Shown here piece by piece: positions 1 through 9,308 of a DNA stretch of 64,000 nt. The first letter of the stretch is position 1. Each line of letters begins with the position of its first letter. Source of the DNA: an uncultured Lachnospiraceae bacterium (GTDB taxonomy: Bacteria > Bacillota > Clostridia > Lachnospirales > Lachnospiraceae); NCBI GenBank assembly GCA_948989975.1, contig CARHSH010000001.1, positions 18,906 to 82,905 on the forward strand. Direction: 5' to 3'. The notes beneath the pieces are model-generated. The model saw only the letters and a list, made by a program, of their open reading frames with translations, ran no database searches and had not been told where the DNA came from. The position numbers were made by a program, and so were the translations under genes.

Positions 1-1207
1 TAATGATTTTATTTACATATTTAATCGGGTCAATGGACGCAGCGTTTGCTTTTGCCGACAAAGAATTTTTAAACGAATTTAGCACAGAAAATGTATTGCT
101 GATGTCGTTTGTGTCTATCGCGTCTTCAAGCATATCCCGGTCAATCGAGATTGAGCCGTTGTCATTTACAATCATGCCGACGGATTCTAGGCCGTGCCTA
201 TAGGAGAAAGAAACGCTTTTTAAATCATCTAAAAGGCGGGTTCCTTGATGTCTGTTGGAATATTGTTCTCCGGTTTTGACAAATCCATTATAAGCGGTGA
301 CTAATTCCTGAAGGTTATCCGCAACGGCATCCACGCTGGTTTTAAAACCAATCTTAGCCGGTTTATCCTCTGGGCTTATGCCATGTAAGGTTACTTCAAA
401 TACCCGGTCAATGGTAAATGTGTTTGAAAAAGAAGAATGCTCCGTTCCATCAATGAAAAAAGAAGAATTATGGGCAGGAGACGTAATCTCATGTATGCCT
501 AAAAGTTCAACTGCTTCTATGGAATTTCCCGAAGCTTTTGGCTTAATGTCAAACAGGGAAGATTCATTTGCGCTTAAACCGGTTTGTTTGGAAGTGAGCT
601 TTAATGCGCTCCGGCTTTTTTCGTCCGTAGATATTTCAGCGGTCAGGCCGACGCCTGATGTGTTGACTAACCGCATTAGCTTTTCTTGGACGGTGCGGTT
701 TGTGTCGTCTGCATTGACTGCAAATTGAAATTCATAAGAGTTTGTAGTGGTAACCAAATCAAAAGTATATTCTCCGGGGGTAAAGTCACAGGACTGGCTT
801 TCTAAATAATTTCCAAGGTTCGACTGCGGGGCGGCAAGGCTGCGCACCTCTATTTCAAATTGCTGAACCGAATTATCATCTGCTCCTCCGATATAATTTG
901 CGCTTACAATATCTTCATCAGAAGATACCGCGACTTTTTTCTGGAAAGCGCTCTCTAATCCTTCCCCGCTTTCCGATAAAGAAGAAACCACATTTTTTAT
1001 TTGACGCGCATGCTCCTTTATGTCAATTAAAAACTCCGGAATATTTTGATCATTCTTAATCTTATAAAGAGGAGATTCTTTATTGATTTTCAGAATATTA
1101 TTGTAGATACTGCGTAGTTCGCTTCTTTTGTGCGTATCATAACGAGAAACGGCAGAATTGCCATATACGCTTAAATAATAATGATAAGCGCTGCCAATGA
1201 AAGCCAT
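1..1207 (-). CDS. Hypothetical protein, truncated at the left window edge (N-terminus MAFIGSAYHYYLSVYGNSAVSRYDTHKRSELRSIYNNILKINKESP...)
   Basis: The ATG is at 1207..1205 on the minus strand, preceded by GGAGGGGG with an ~8 nt spacer. I translated the reverse complement by hand and the frame is open at several checked points (e.g. ...LMRLVNTSGV... around 650-680). The supplied track omits it because the ORF runs off the window edge. The only listed plus-strand ORFs here (3..203, 378..728) are antisense to it. Confidence 0.5.
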   Translation of the reverse strand, partial: MAFIGSAYHYYLSVYGNSAVSRYDTHKRSELRSIYNNILKINKESPLYKIKNDQNIPEFLIDIKEHARQIKNVVSSLSESGEGLESAFQKKVAVSSDEDIVSANYIGGADDNSVQQFEIEVRSLAAPQSNLGNYLESQSCDFTPGEYTFDLVTTTNSYEFQFAVNADDTNRTVQEKLMRLVNTSGVGLTAEISTDEKSRSALKLTSKQTGLSANESSLFDIKPKASGNSIEAVELLGIHEITSPAHNSSFFIDGTEHSSFSNTFTIDRVFEVTLHGISPEDKPAKIGFKTSVDAVADNLQELVTAYNGFVKTGEQYSNRHQGTRLLDDLKSVSFSYRHGLESVGMIVNDNGSISIDRDMLEDAIDTNDISNTFSVLNSFKNSLSAKANAASIDPIKYVNKII

Positions 1208-1622
1208 AAATTCCCCCTCCTTTCTTCCATGAAATCTGCGCCTGCGCGCTAAGGGTAATATAAATCCGTTTATATTATTTGAGAAATCATTAAAAAACTT
1301 ATCTTTTTATTTATATCGTAAGTTCTTAGTGATTTATTTAGGTTATTTCAGAATTTTTTTCGAATTATTTCCTGTTTTGCTGTATAAATATGTAAAGTTA
1401 TAGTTGTATGGCATGTTATTTACAGTCTCTGTTAATAATAGAGGCATTTGTATATTCATTTGAAACAGGCTGTCAGCAATCATAATATGCTAATTTTTAT
1501 TTGGAAATGAGAAGTATAATTACTCATGTTGTAATAGGGCAGTATAATTGAAAAGGAAGCAGGATGCGAAGTTCTGGAAGATACCCTCTAGTCTAACGAA
1601 AAAACGAAAGAGGGTGGCGCTG

Positions 1623-1703
1623 ATGAGTGTGATGGAAATTTTGACATTATTGCTTGTAATATTTACAGCCCTGTCTTACATAGATAATCATAAAAAGAAA
1701 TAA
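1623..1703 (+). CDS. 26-aa hydrophobic micro-protein (MSVMEILTLLLVIFTALSYIDNHKKK)
   Basis: The ATG at 1623 sits 8 nt after AGAGGG. It encodes a single predicted TM helix with a KKK tail. Its TAA stop lies inside the stem of a strong terminator hairpin. Confidence 0.3.
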   Translation: MSVMEILTLLLVIFTALSYIDNHKKK

Positions 1704-1750
1704 GCATCCCTGACCGACCAAAGTTGAGGATGCTTATTTCTTTATTATTA
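1695..1750 (+). terminator. Rho-independent terminator (15-bp stem AAGAAATAAGCATCC / GGATGCTTATTTCTT followed by TATTATT)
   Basis: A perfect 15-bp inverted repeat with a 18-nt loop, followed by a T-rich tract. Confidence 0.6.
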
Positions 1751-1990
1751 AGCTAATTCACTGAGGGCAATCGGAACTTTGTGTCCGATCAATCTTTCTG
1801 ATTAGATTATACACTAGAGCCGCTTGTATTTCAAGTGGCTCTTTTTAAGTTTTATCTATCTTTATCTCATTTTATCACACAATGCCAAAAGTTGAGTCAA
1901 AAATTGAGTCAGGGCTTGACATTTCCCCATTTTGCTTTATAATAAAACATCGAAAAAGCCCATAAAATAAAGGCTTTTCTAAAATAAAAC

Positions 1991-2033
1991 GGTGAGTTCG
2001 AGACCTTCCTCACCTAAAACAAAACTAAAGGAG
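1991..2033 (+). ncRNA. preQ1-I-type riboswitch candidate upstream of queT
   Basis: GGUGAG-UUCGAGACCUUC-CUCACC hairpin (6-bp stem) followed by the A-rich tail UAAAACAAAACUAAAGGAG. The tail overlaps the RBS of the downstream QueT-family gene. This matches the small-hairpin plus A-rich pseudoknot-tail architecture of preQ1-I aptamers. Confidence 0.55.
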
Positions 2034-2043
2034 AAAATTGAAT

Positions 2044-2535
2044 ATGAGAGACAAAAAAGTGTTGTTTACCACTCAGGCAGCTATGATTGCCGCGTTGTAT
2101 GTTGCGTTGACATTGCTTGCGAATGCGTTAGGGCTTGCGAATTATGCGGTTCAGGTGCGGTTTTCGGAAGCGCTTACGGTATTGCCGTATTTTACTCCGG
2201 CAGCAGTGCCGGGGCTTTTAGTGGGCTGCGCGCTTAGTAACCTGCTTACAGGCTGTCTGCCGCTTGATATTTTATTCGGAAGCCTTGCCACTTTACTTGG
2301 GGCAGTCGGGACATATCTTCTGCGGAAGCATAAATTTGCGGCTCCCATTCCGCCGATTGTGGCAAATACGGTGATCGTTCCGTTTGTGCTGGCTTATGTG
2401 TATAAGTTTGACGGCTCTGTGCCTTATTTTATGCTGACAGTGGGGATAGGTGAAGTGATTTCCTGTGGGGTTTTGGGAATGATTTTGCTTGGTATTTTAA
2501 ATAAATACCGGAATGTGATTTTTCGTCAGGAATAA
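2044..2535 (+). CDS. queT: QueT-family queuosine-precursor transporter (ECF-type S component)
   Basis: A ~164 aa polytopic membrane protein whose sequence is typical of QueT/COG4708. The ATG at 2044 follows AAAGGAG. The upstream TTG at 2038 given in the track is less likely to be the start. Confidence 0.55.
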   Translation: MRDKKVLFTTQAAMIAALYVALTLLANALGLANYAVQVRFSEALTVLPYFTPAAVPGLLVGCALSNLLTGCLPLDILFGSLATLLGAVGTYLLRKHKFAAPIPPIVANTVIVPFVLAYVYKFDGSVPYFMLTVGIGEVISCGVLGMILLGILNKYRNVIFRQE

Positions 2536-2662
2536 GGGGATAAGCTTTCAGGGTTGAAACAAAAAGATAAAAAGGGATTATGTTAAATTAAAAATACATA
2601 ATGATACATATAAAAATATAATCACAGAAGTAAAACAGATAGATATAAAAATTATATAAAAA

Positions 2663-2702
2663 AGAAGCGGCATCAAATTTTCCGATTTGATGCCGCTTTT
2701 AA
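2663..2702 (+). terminator. Rho-independent terminator after queT
   Basis: GAAGCGGCATCAAA...TTTGATGCCGCTTTT hairpin plus a T-run. Confidence 0.6.
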
Positions 2703-3193
2703 ACTATACTGTCCATGGGATTTACCTCCAATTTATATTTTCCGTCAGCTAGACTTAAAATAAATTTTCATTTTTTGGATTCAAACAGGAAACATATCTG
2801 AATATTGCAACTGCATCTCTGCTTGGAAATTCAAATTCATTTGTTCGTCCGAATTTGGAATCGTTACCTTTTTAATAAGGATTTTTTGGGATATTACGTT
2901 TTCTTTTTGGTGGACCGTACCTCCTGTTCTCTTAGATTTTAGAAGATGTTGTGTTTTTTGATAAATTTATTGTATTACAAAAATGGAATTATGTCAATAA
3001 AAAAATAGAAAAATATGTATAAGATTTTATAATAAAACATTTATTTTTTATAAGTGATAAAATATTCAGATAATTATGTGCTTCAGATGAAGGGTTATAC
3101 AGAATTGTAGACAGGTAATTGCGGCGATGGCTTGATTTCTTAGGCAAACTCGATTAGAATAAATTTAATTTAACCAAACGTGGAGATGAAATC

Positions 3194-4609
3194 ATGTATT
3201 TTAGTTCAATGACCTTTTTATGGATCTTTCTTCCGGCGACCTTGCTTTTATATTTGCTTGCGGAACGCTTTCAGAGGATTGCATTGGAAAATTTTGTCCT
3301 GCTGTCTGCAAGCCTTATTTTTTATGCTTGGGGAGAGCCGTTTTATATTTTCCTGTTGCTTTTCTCTGTATTGATGAATTATGTGTTTGGCAGGCTGCTT
3401 GAGGCAGAGCGGCCCCGTTTTAGAAAATGGATCTTAGCTTGCGGCGTTCTTTCAAATCTTGGTTTGCTGGCATTTTTCAAATACTTTAATTTCTTTGCGG
3501 GTTACATCAACCGTTTTTTGGGGCAGGATGCAGTTCCGCTTAGTGAGTTTACGCTGCCGCTTGGAATTTCATTTTATACGTTTCAGGCGATGTCTTATGT
3601 CATTGACGTTTACCGCAAAGAGGTAACGGCGCAGAGAAATTTCTTTTCTCTTTTGTTATATATCTCTCTGTTCCCACAGCTTGTCGCAGGGCCTATTGTG
3701 AAATATAAAGATATTGAGGAGCAAATCAAATACAGGACGAAAACGGATGCGAAACGGGCGTATGGGGTGAAACGGTTTATTTACGGGCTTGGCAAGAAAG
3801 TTTTAATTTCAAATGTGATGGGAAAATATGTGGATATGGTTTTAGCGTTTGAGACAAAACAGTTAAGCACAGGGCTGATGTGGCTGGTTATGATTATGTA
3901 TGCTTTTCAGATTTATTATGATTTTTCCGGTTATTCCGATATGGCAATCGGGCTTGGCTCTATGTTTGGGTTTGACTTTAAGGAGAATTTTCATTATCCG
4001 TATATTTCGAAATCCGTCCGTGAGTTTTGGACAAGGTGGCATATTTCCCTTTCCACTTGGTTTAAGGAGTATGTTTATATTCCCCTTGGCGGCAACCGGA
4101 ATGGGAAATGGAGGACATACCGGAATTTATTTCTCGTATTTCTTTTGACCGGATTTTGGCATGGCGCAGGATTAAATTTTGTGTTCTGGGGCATTTTCCA
4201 TGGGTGTTTTATGGTGTTAGAGCGGATTGGGTTTGGAAAACTGTTGGAAAAGAATCCGTTTAAAATTTTTAATCATATTTATATGGCCGTGACCGTTGTA
4301 TGTATCTGGACGTTTTTCCGCATTGAATCCATGCAGGCGGCAGGGGAATATTTAAAAGGAATGTTTATCTACCAGAGAGGGGAATACAATTTATTTTCCT
4401 GTATCAATTTGGAAATTATTTTGCTTCTTGTGACAGCGTTCCTCTTATGCGGCGTTTTACAGACGGCAGTTCCGAGATTAAAAGAAGCGCTTTATCAAAA
4501 AGAGAAGGTTTCCGCCGTTGAGTCGGTGGGATTGCTTGCAATATTGCTGTTATGCGTTGTTACGCTGTCAAGCAATTCATATAATCCATTTATTTATTTT
4601 CGGTTTTAA
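3194..4609 (+). CDS. MBOAT-family membrane-bound O-acyltransferase (AlgI/DltB/PatA-like)
   Basis: A 471 aa multi-TM protein with MBOAT hallmark regions (…WHISLSTWFKEYVYIPLGGNR… conserved His). Confidence 0.8.
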   Translation: MYFSSMTFLWIFLPATLLLYLLAERFQRIALENFVLLSASLIFYAWGEPFYIFLLLFSVLMNYVFGRLLEAERPRFRKWILACGVLSNLGLLAFFKYFNFFAGYINRFLGQDAVPLSEFTLPLGISFYTFQAMSYVIDVYRKEVTAQRNFFSLLLYISLFPQLVAGPIVKYKDIEEQIKYRTKTDAKRAYGVKRFIYGLGKKVLISNVMGKYVDMVLAFETKQLSTGLMWLVMIMYAFQIYYDFSGYSDMAIGLGSMFGFDFKENFHYPYISKSVREFWTRWHISLSTWFKEYVYIPLGGNRNGKWRTYRNLFLVFLLTGFWHGAGLNFVFWGIFHGCFMVLERIGFGKLLEKNPFKIFNHIYMAVTVVCIWTFFRIESMQAAGEYLKGMFIYQRGEYNLFSCINLEIILLLVTAFLLCGVLQTAVPRLKEALYQKEKVSAVESVGLLAILLLCVVTLSSNSYNPFIYFRF

Positions 4610-4620
4610 AAGGAGTAAGA

Positions 4621-5751
4621 ATGAAAAATAAATATATTTTTTATGTGTTTGTGTTGTTGTTGTCGCTCCCAGTGATTACGTTTCCGTTTATAAAGGGCCA
4701 TATAGATTCCAAAAACCATGAGAAGCGGAAATTTGCGGAGCGTCCGTCGCTTTCATTAGCGACATTGCCAGACTTTCCGGAGCAGTTTGACAACTATTTC
4801 AGCGATCATCTTCCATACAAGAACCAGCTTGTTATGGTAAATGGAATCAAGAATGAGTTGTTAGGTTCAGGCGCGACAGCGATTGAGTATTTGACAAACA
4901 CCAAGGCGATACGCGGGAAAGAGAACTGGCTGTTTTACAATGCGGTCAGTGAAGATGAAGAATCCATGCGGGATTTTCTGTGCAATAATTTATATGAAGA
5001 AAATGAGCTGTCCGAAATTTCAAAGCGCTATGTATTGCTTGAACAAAAGCTAAAGGAAATGGGGATTGAGCTGGTTGTTTTGTATGCCGCAAATAAGGAA
5101 CAAGTATATCCGGAATATATGCCGTCTACGATTGTTCCGATGGGTTCATACAGCAGGACGGATCAGCTTGTGGATTATCTGCATGAACATACTGACGTGC
5201 CCTTGATTTACACAAAAGAAGCCTTGCAGAAAGAAAAAGAGAACCATCAGGTTTTTTACAAATATGACACCCACTGGAATAATCTGGGCGGCTTTGTCGG
5301 ATGCCAGCTTCTCAATGAATATTTCCATGGGGAATATGTTTCTTTAGACGAAGTTTCTTATTCGGCTGTAAAAGACGATGAGAGCGGGGATTTGGCGGAT
5401 TTACTGTCAATGAGGAAAATTTTAAATGACGATATTGTTTGGGAAATAAACAGTTATAAGACAGACGTAAAAGAAGAAACGGTAAGGAATGACGACAACG
5501 CCTTTGAATTTGTGTCAAATGCAGAAGATAAAAGGAAAGTCCTTGTAGTTCAGGATTCGTTTGGATATGCGCTAATGGGGATTACAAAAGACTTTGCAGA
5601 GGTTACGTTTTTAAAGAATACGGAAGTGTTTAAAAAATATTGTGAAGAATGGAAGCCGGACATTTTGCTGGTGGAAATTGTCGAACGGCGTAAAAGGCCA
5701 CAAGAACAGATTTGCCAAGGGCTGTATGATTTATTAGTAAGCGGGGAATAG
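4621..5751 (+). CDS. DHHW-motif protein, the AlgJ/AlgX/PatB-like partner of the MBOAT
   Basis: N-terminal signal/TM segment; KYDTHWN (DHHW family) motif. It lies immediately after the MBOAT gene. Confidence 0.6.
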   Translation: MKNKYIFYVFVLLLSLPVITFPFIKGHIDSKNHEKRKFAERPSLSLATLPDFPEQFDNYFSDHLPYKNQLVMVNGIKNELLGSGATAIEYLTNTKAIRGKENWLFYNAVSEDEESMRDFLCNNLYEENELSEISKRYVLLEQKLKEMGIELVVLYAANKEQVYPEYMPSTIVPMGSYSRTDQLVDYLHEHTDVPLIYTKEALQKEKENHQVFYKYDTHWNNLGGFVGCQLLNEYFHGEYVSLDEVSYSAVKDDESGDLADLLSMRKILNDDIVWEINSYKTDVKEETVRNDDNAFEFVSNAEDKRKVLVVQDSFGYALMGITKDFAEVTFLKNTEVFKKYCEEWKPDILLVEIVERRKRPQEQICQGLYDLLVSGE

Positions 5752-5756
5752 AAACG

Positions 5757-6857
5757 ATGTATACGGAAGCCGGTTTAGTCAGAATTGCAAAACGGGAAAA
5801 TAATCCCAAGAGAAATTATTTAGTTGTCAACCGCCTGCAGGGAAAGCATATCCCTGTTTCTCCAACAAAAGCGTTTGAAATGTTTGACGCCCTTGCCGGA
5901 CAACTAAAGCGGGCGTATCCAAAGGAAACGTTACTCATTATTGGATTTGCTGAAACAGCGACTGCCATTGGCGCGCGGCTGGCAGCGCAGACGGATTCTT
6001 ATTATATGCAGACGACAAGAGAACAGATACCGAATGTGGAGTATATTTATTTTTCGGAAACGCACAGCCATGCAACGGAACAAAAGCTGGTCTGCAATGA
6101 TCTTGAACGGCTGATTGGGAAAATTGACCGGATTGTGTTTGCAGAAGATGAAGTGACGACAGGAAATACGATTCTGCATATGATTCAGAAATTAGAAGAA
6201 CGCTTTCCTTTAAAGACGCGGTTTTCCGTGGCTTCTTTGTTAAATGGCATGGATGCGGAGGCAAGAGAGCGTTATGCGGCAAAAGGGATTGATTTGCATT
6301 TTCTGGTGAAAACAGATCATGCTTCTTATGCCGAAAAAGCAGAGCGTTTCGCGGAGGACGGGACATACGTTTTAGCAAAGGCGGGGAACTTATATGCTTC
6401 AAAGCAGTATGTGGCGGGGAATTATGTCAATGCAAGAAGGCAGACGGCAGGAGCGGAATATACAAAAGCGTGCGAATCGCTTTGGGCGCAGATAAAAGAT
6501 TACATTTGTGAAGCGGCGTCCCAAGACATACTCGCGCTTGGAACGGAAGAATGTATGTATCCGGCGTTGTATGTAGGAGAATGTTTGGAACGGCTTGGGA
6601 ATCGCGTTTCCTGCCATGCGACGACGCGCAGTCCGATTGCGGTGAGCAGTGAGAATGAGTATCCACTGCATACGAGATATGAATTGGAGAGCGTTTACCA
6701 AGATGGCCGCAGAACGTTTCTTTATGATTTGAGACAGTATGACAAGGTCATTCTTGTTACGGATGCGCCGCAAACCCAAACGAAAGGGATCGGGACTTTA
6801 GTGGATGCTCTGGCGCGTTGTGGGAATCGGGAGATTCAGATTATTTGGTGGAGGTGA
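5757..6857 (+). CDS. Phosphoribosyltransferase (PRTase_2/TRSP-like) of the Ter-linked biosynthetic module
   Basis: Canonical PRPP-binding loop IVFAEDEVTTGNTI. Size (366 aa) and context (C-C lyase, HAD, TelA/TerD nearby) match Ter-associated PRTase proteins. Confidence 0.5.
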   Translation: MYTEAGLVRIAKRENNPKRNYLVVNRLQGKHIPVSPTKAFEMFDALAGQLKRAYPKETLLIIGFAETATAIGARLAAQTDSYYMQTTREQIPNVEYIYFSETHSHATEQKLVCNDLERLIGKIDRIVFAEDEVTTGNTILHMIQKLEERFPLKTRFSVASLLNGMDAEARERYAAKGIDLHFLVKTDHASYAEKAERFAEDGTYVLAKAGNLYASKQYVAGNYVNARRQTAGAEYTKACESLWAQIKDYICEAASQDILALGTEECMYPALYVGECLERLGNRVSCHATTRSPIAVSSENEYPLHTRYELESVYQDGRRTFLYDLRQYDKVILVTDAPQTQTKGIGTLVDALARCGNREIQIIWWR

Positions 6858-6860
6858 CGC

Positions 6861-7910
6861 ATGAGAAGTTCGTATCACAAAGACGATGTTTGTCTGCTTT
6901 TAAAAGATATTACGGGATTAGTGCAGCCCCAGCCGACAGATGAGCGGGAAAAACTGATTCAGGCAGGGCGCCATTATTGTGAAATGCTGCCAATCGAATA
7001 TGTGCCGACGGCAGAGTATATGGAAGCGTACCATGCGGCGTTAGAGCATTATGCAAAACCTACGGCGCGGGCAGTCGGGAATCTCGCGGATAAAATTATG
7101 CAGGCAAGGGGAGAAAAGACGGCGCTTGTGTCGTTGGCAAGAGCTGGGATTCCGGCTGGGATTCTTTTAAAATGGTATATTCGTTTTAAATACGGCGTGG
7201 ATTTGCCGCATTATTCAGTTTCCATTATACGGGGTAAAGGAATTGATGACAATGCAATGCAGTATTTGCTGAAACGGCATTTGCCAGAGCAGCTTTTGTT
7301 TGTAGACGGGTGGATTGGCAAGGGCGCGATTTTAAAAGAACTGCAGAAAGACATGGCGGCTTACCGCGGCGTTTCGCCTGAAATTGCCACACTTTCCGAT
7401 CCGGCAAATGTGACAGGGCTGTGTGGGACGCATCGGGATATTTTAATTCCGAGCTCTTGTTTAAATTGTACGGTTTCCGGTCTTATCAGCAGAACATTTT
7501 TGCGGGAAGACGTCATAGGAAAAGCGGATTTCCATGGCGCGGTTTATTATGAGGAATATCGGGATATGGATTTGTCCTATTCGTTTCTACATGCCATTGA
7601 AGCGGAATTTGAGAAGGATTGTAAGACCGATGACTTTTTTGTGGAAGGGTTTGGCTATGAGGAAGCGTGGGAGGTGGCAAGGGAATTTCAGATAGATGAC
7701 ATAAATTTAGTGAAGCCGGGAATTGGGGAAACGACAAGAGTCCTGCTCCGGCGGGCGCCTTTTAAAATCTTATTGGATAAACGGTATCAAAAAGATCCGT
7801 CACTGGCGCACATTTTACGTCTTGCAGAGGAAAAAGGCGTGCCAGTGGAGTTCTATCCGCTGAAGCATTATAAGGCCTGCGGAATCATAAAAAAAATGAC
7901 GGATTTATAG
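6861..7910 (+). CDS. PRTase-fold / StiP-like protein of the Ter-linked module
   Basis: A LLFVDGWIGKGAI segment resembles a degenerate PRPP loop. It is translationally adjacent to the PRTase gene. Confidence 0.35.
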   Translation: MRSSYHKDDVCLLLKDITGLVQPQPTDEREKLIQAGRHYCEMLPIEYVPTAEYMEAYHAALEHYAKPTARAVGNLADKIMQARGEKTALVSLARAGIPAGILLKWYIRFKYGVDLPHYSVSIIRGKGIDDNAMQYLLKRHLPEQLLFVDGWIGKGAILKELQKDMAAYRGVSPEIATLSDPANVTGLCGTHRDILIPSSCLNCTVSGLISRTFLREDVIGKADFHGAVYYEEYRDMDLSYSFLHAIEAEFEKDCKTDDFFVEGFGYEEAWEVAREFQIDDINLVKPGIGETTRVLLRRAPFKILLDKRYQKDPSLAHILRLAEEKGVPVEFYPLKHYKACGIIKKMTDL

Positions 7911-7917
7911 AGGTTCT

Positions 7918-8877
7918 TTATGTAATGCCGTAAGATTCGGCTAAATAGAGGATTTTTCTGGCCCAGTTGGAATGCGTTTTGCATTCGGTCATACGTTCAT
8001 TTTTGGCATTTCCGGATACCATAGAGATGGAAGTGGCGTCCCAATTAAGGATATGTTTTGCATCTGCAATGTCTTCTTTCGAAACGGCGTAGGTTTTGTT
8101 GACAAGCGGGATTTGCTTTGGGTGAATAACCGTTTTGCCAATAAAGCCTGCGCTTCTGTCGTTTTGCAGTTCCTGAAAAAGCCCGCGTTCCCAGTTGTCG
8201 CCATCATAGTATTCCCATACGGGACCGGATATTACATAGTCCATGCCAAATACAGTAATAATGTCAGAAAGGATATTTGCGACAGGGCGTATATCGTAAA
8301 TGGTTTCCGAACTGCGTCTGCGGAAGCCGAAAGCATGGCATAAATCGTTGCCGCCGACGCGGATATTTAACACAAGATCTTCAATGGCGCTTAATTTGTC
8401 TTTTATGCCATAAAGGAGTTTGTGGCGGGTTCTTAGGTCAATCAGGGACGGGCTTTCCATAATAGGCATAATATAGAAAGTCTGTGTCTGGGACTGGTTG
8501 AGCTGAACTATGGCTTTAATATAGCTGTCGGCGTTTGTCAGGTCAAATTTTGGGAGGATAAATCCGGTAAGTATGGATTTCGCTTCGTTTAACTGGCTGG
8601 CAAGACGGAGCGCTTGACCAGAGTTTCGAATGCGGATAAATATTTTTGGCAGATAAAAAGGTTTGGTTTTTAGGGCGGAATAAATTTGCCGAAGGGAGTT
8701 TAGGAGTATGGCTTCGGCTTCCGGCACGAATTGGTCGTTAATGGTGTCCTCTAAACACAGCGCCAGGGAAAATTGGCTGCCAAACCGCTGGCTTATGACA
8801 GATTCGGCAATGGATGTGTTGTTTGCCGGACAATATAGGAGAGCGCCGATACTGTAAGGCATTTGAGTGGTTTTCAT
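7918..8877 (-). CDS. HpcH/HpaI-CitE-like TIM-barrel C-C lyase (Ter-module lyase)
   Basis: 319 aa. The N-terminal segment SIGALLYCPANN resembles the CitE substrate motif. RBS AAAGGAGC. It is convergent with the PRTase genes and divergent from the protease operon. Confidence 0.45.
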   Translation of the reverse strand: MKTTQMPYSIGALLYCPANNTSIAESVISQRFGSQFSLALCLEDTINDQFVPEAEAILLNSLRQIYSALKTKPFYLPKIFIRIRNSGQALRLASQLNEAKSILTGFILPKFDLTNADSYIKAIVQLNQSQTQTFYIMPIMESPSLIDLRTRHKLLYGIKDKLSAIEDLVLNIRVGGNDLCHAFGFRRRSSETIYDIRPVANILSDIITVFGMDYVISGPVWEYYDGDNWERGLFQELQNDRSAGFIGKTVIHPKQIPLVNKTYAVSKEDIADAKHILNWDATSISMVSGNAKNERMTECKTHSNWARKILYLAESYGIT

Positions 8878-9040
8878 GTCAGGCTCCTTTTCTTATTTTC
8901 TAGCTTTTAGAATGATTTTTTGTTTGGCATAATAGCGTTTTTTTGAAATGGGTTGTTGTGGTTAAAATGCGTTTAGATTAGGATTGTTTTTATAGTTTTA
9001 TTGTATTTTTGTTGTATTTTTTCATGTTATTTTTTGTAAG

Positions 9041-9137
9041 TATTGCAATTTTGTAAGCATGGCGGCTTTTCGTGTATTGCAGTTTTGCAAGTATTGCAAT
9101 TTTGTATGTATGGCGATTTTGCGTGTATGGCAAGGGG
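9041..9137. repeat. About 6 tandem imperfect 17-nt direct repeats (consensus TATTGCAATTTTGYAWG) in the divergent intergenic region
   Basis: Read directly: tattgcaattttgtaag / catggcggcttttcgtg / tattgcagttttgcaag / tattgcaattttgtatg / tatggcgattttgcgtg / tatggcaagggg. Confidence 0.6.
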
Positions 9138-9308
9138 AGTTTATGGCGGGTGGGTCATCATTGGAATTACAAGTTTTTTGGAAACTTTTTGTTAATAATA
9201 GCATATATGGGGAATTATTGGTAGATAATTTTATGATTGTGTGGTAAAATTTAGATACTTTTAGAGTTTAACTTGTATATGTGCTTTTTACTCAGGGGGC
9301 GTTTTCAG

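Noticed and set aside
3-728. Plus-strand ORFs 3..203 and 378..728
   Set aside because: Antisense to a long, RBS-preceded minus-strand ORF (1..1207) that runs off the window edge; no RBS.
1956-1981. Small hairpin AAAGCC-N11-GGCTTT upstream of the riboswitch
   Set aside because: Only a 6-bp stem with a large AT loop; could be part of the queT promoter region and is not convincing as a terminator.
5931-6779. Several minus-strand ORFs (82-154 aa) within the PRTase gene
   Set aside because: Antisense shadows; low-complexity translations.
9273-9308. Track start of the protease ORF at 9273
   Set aside because: No RBS; the ATG at 9309 has a GGGGG SD at proper spacing.
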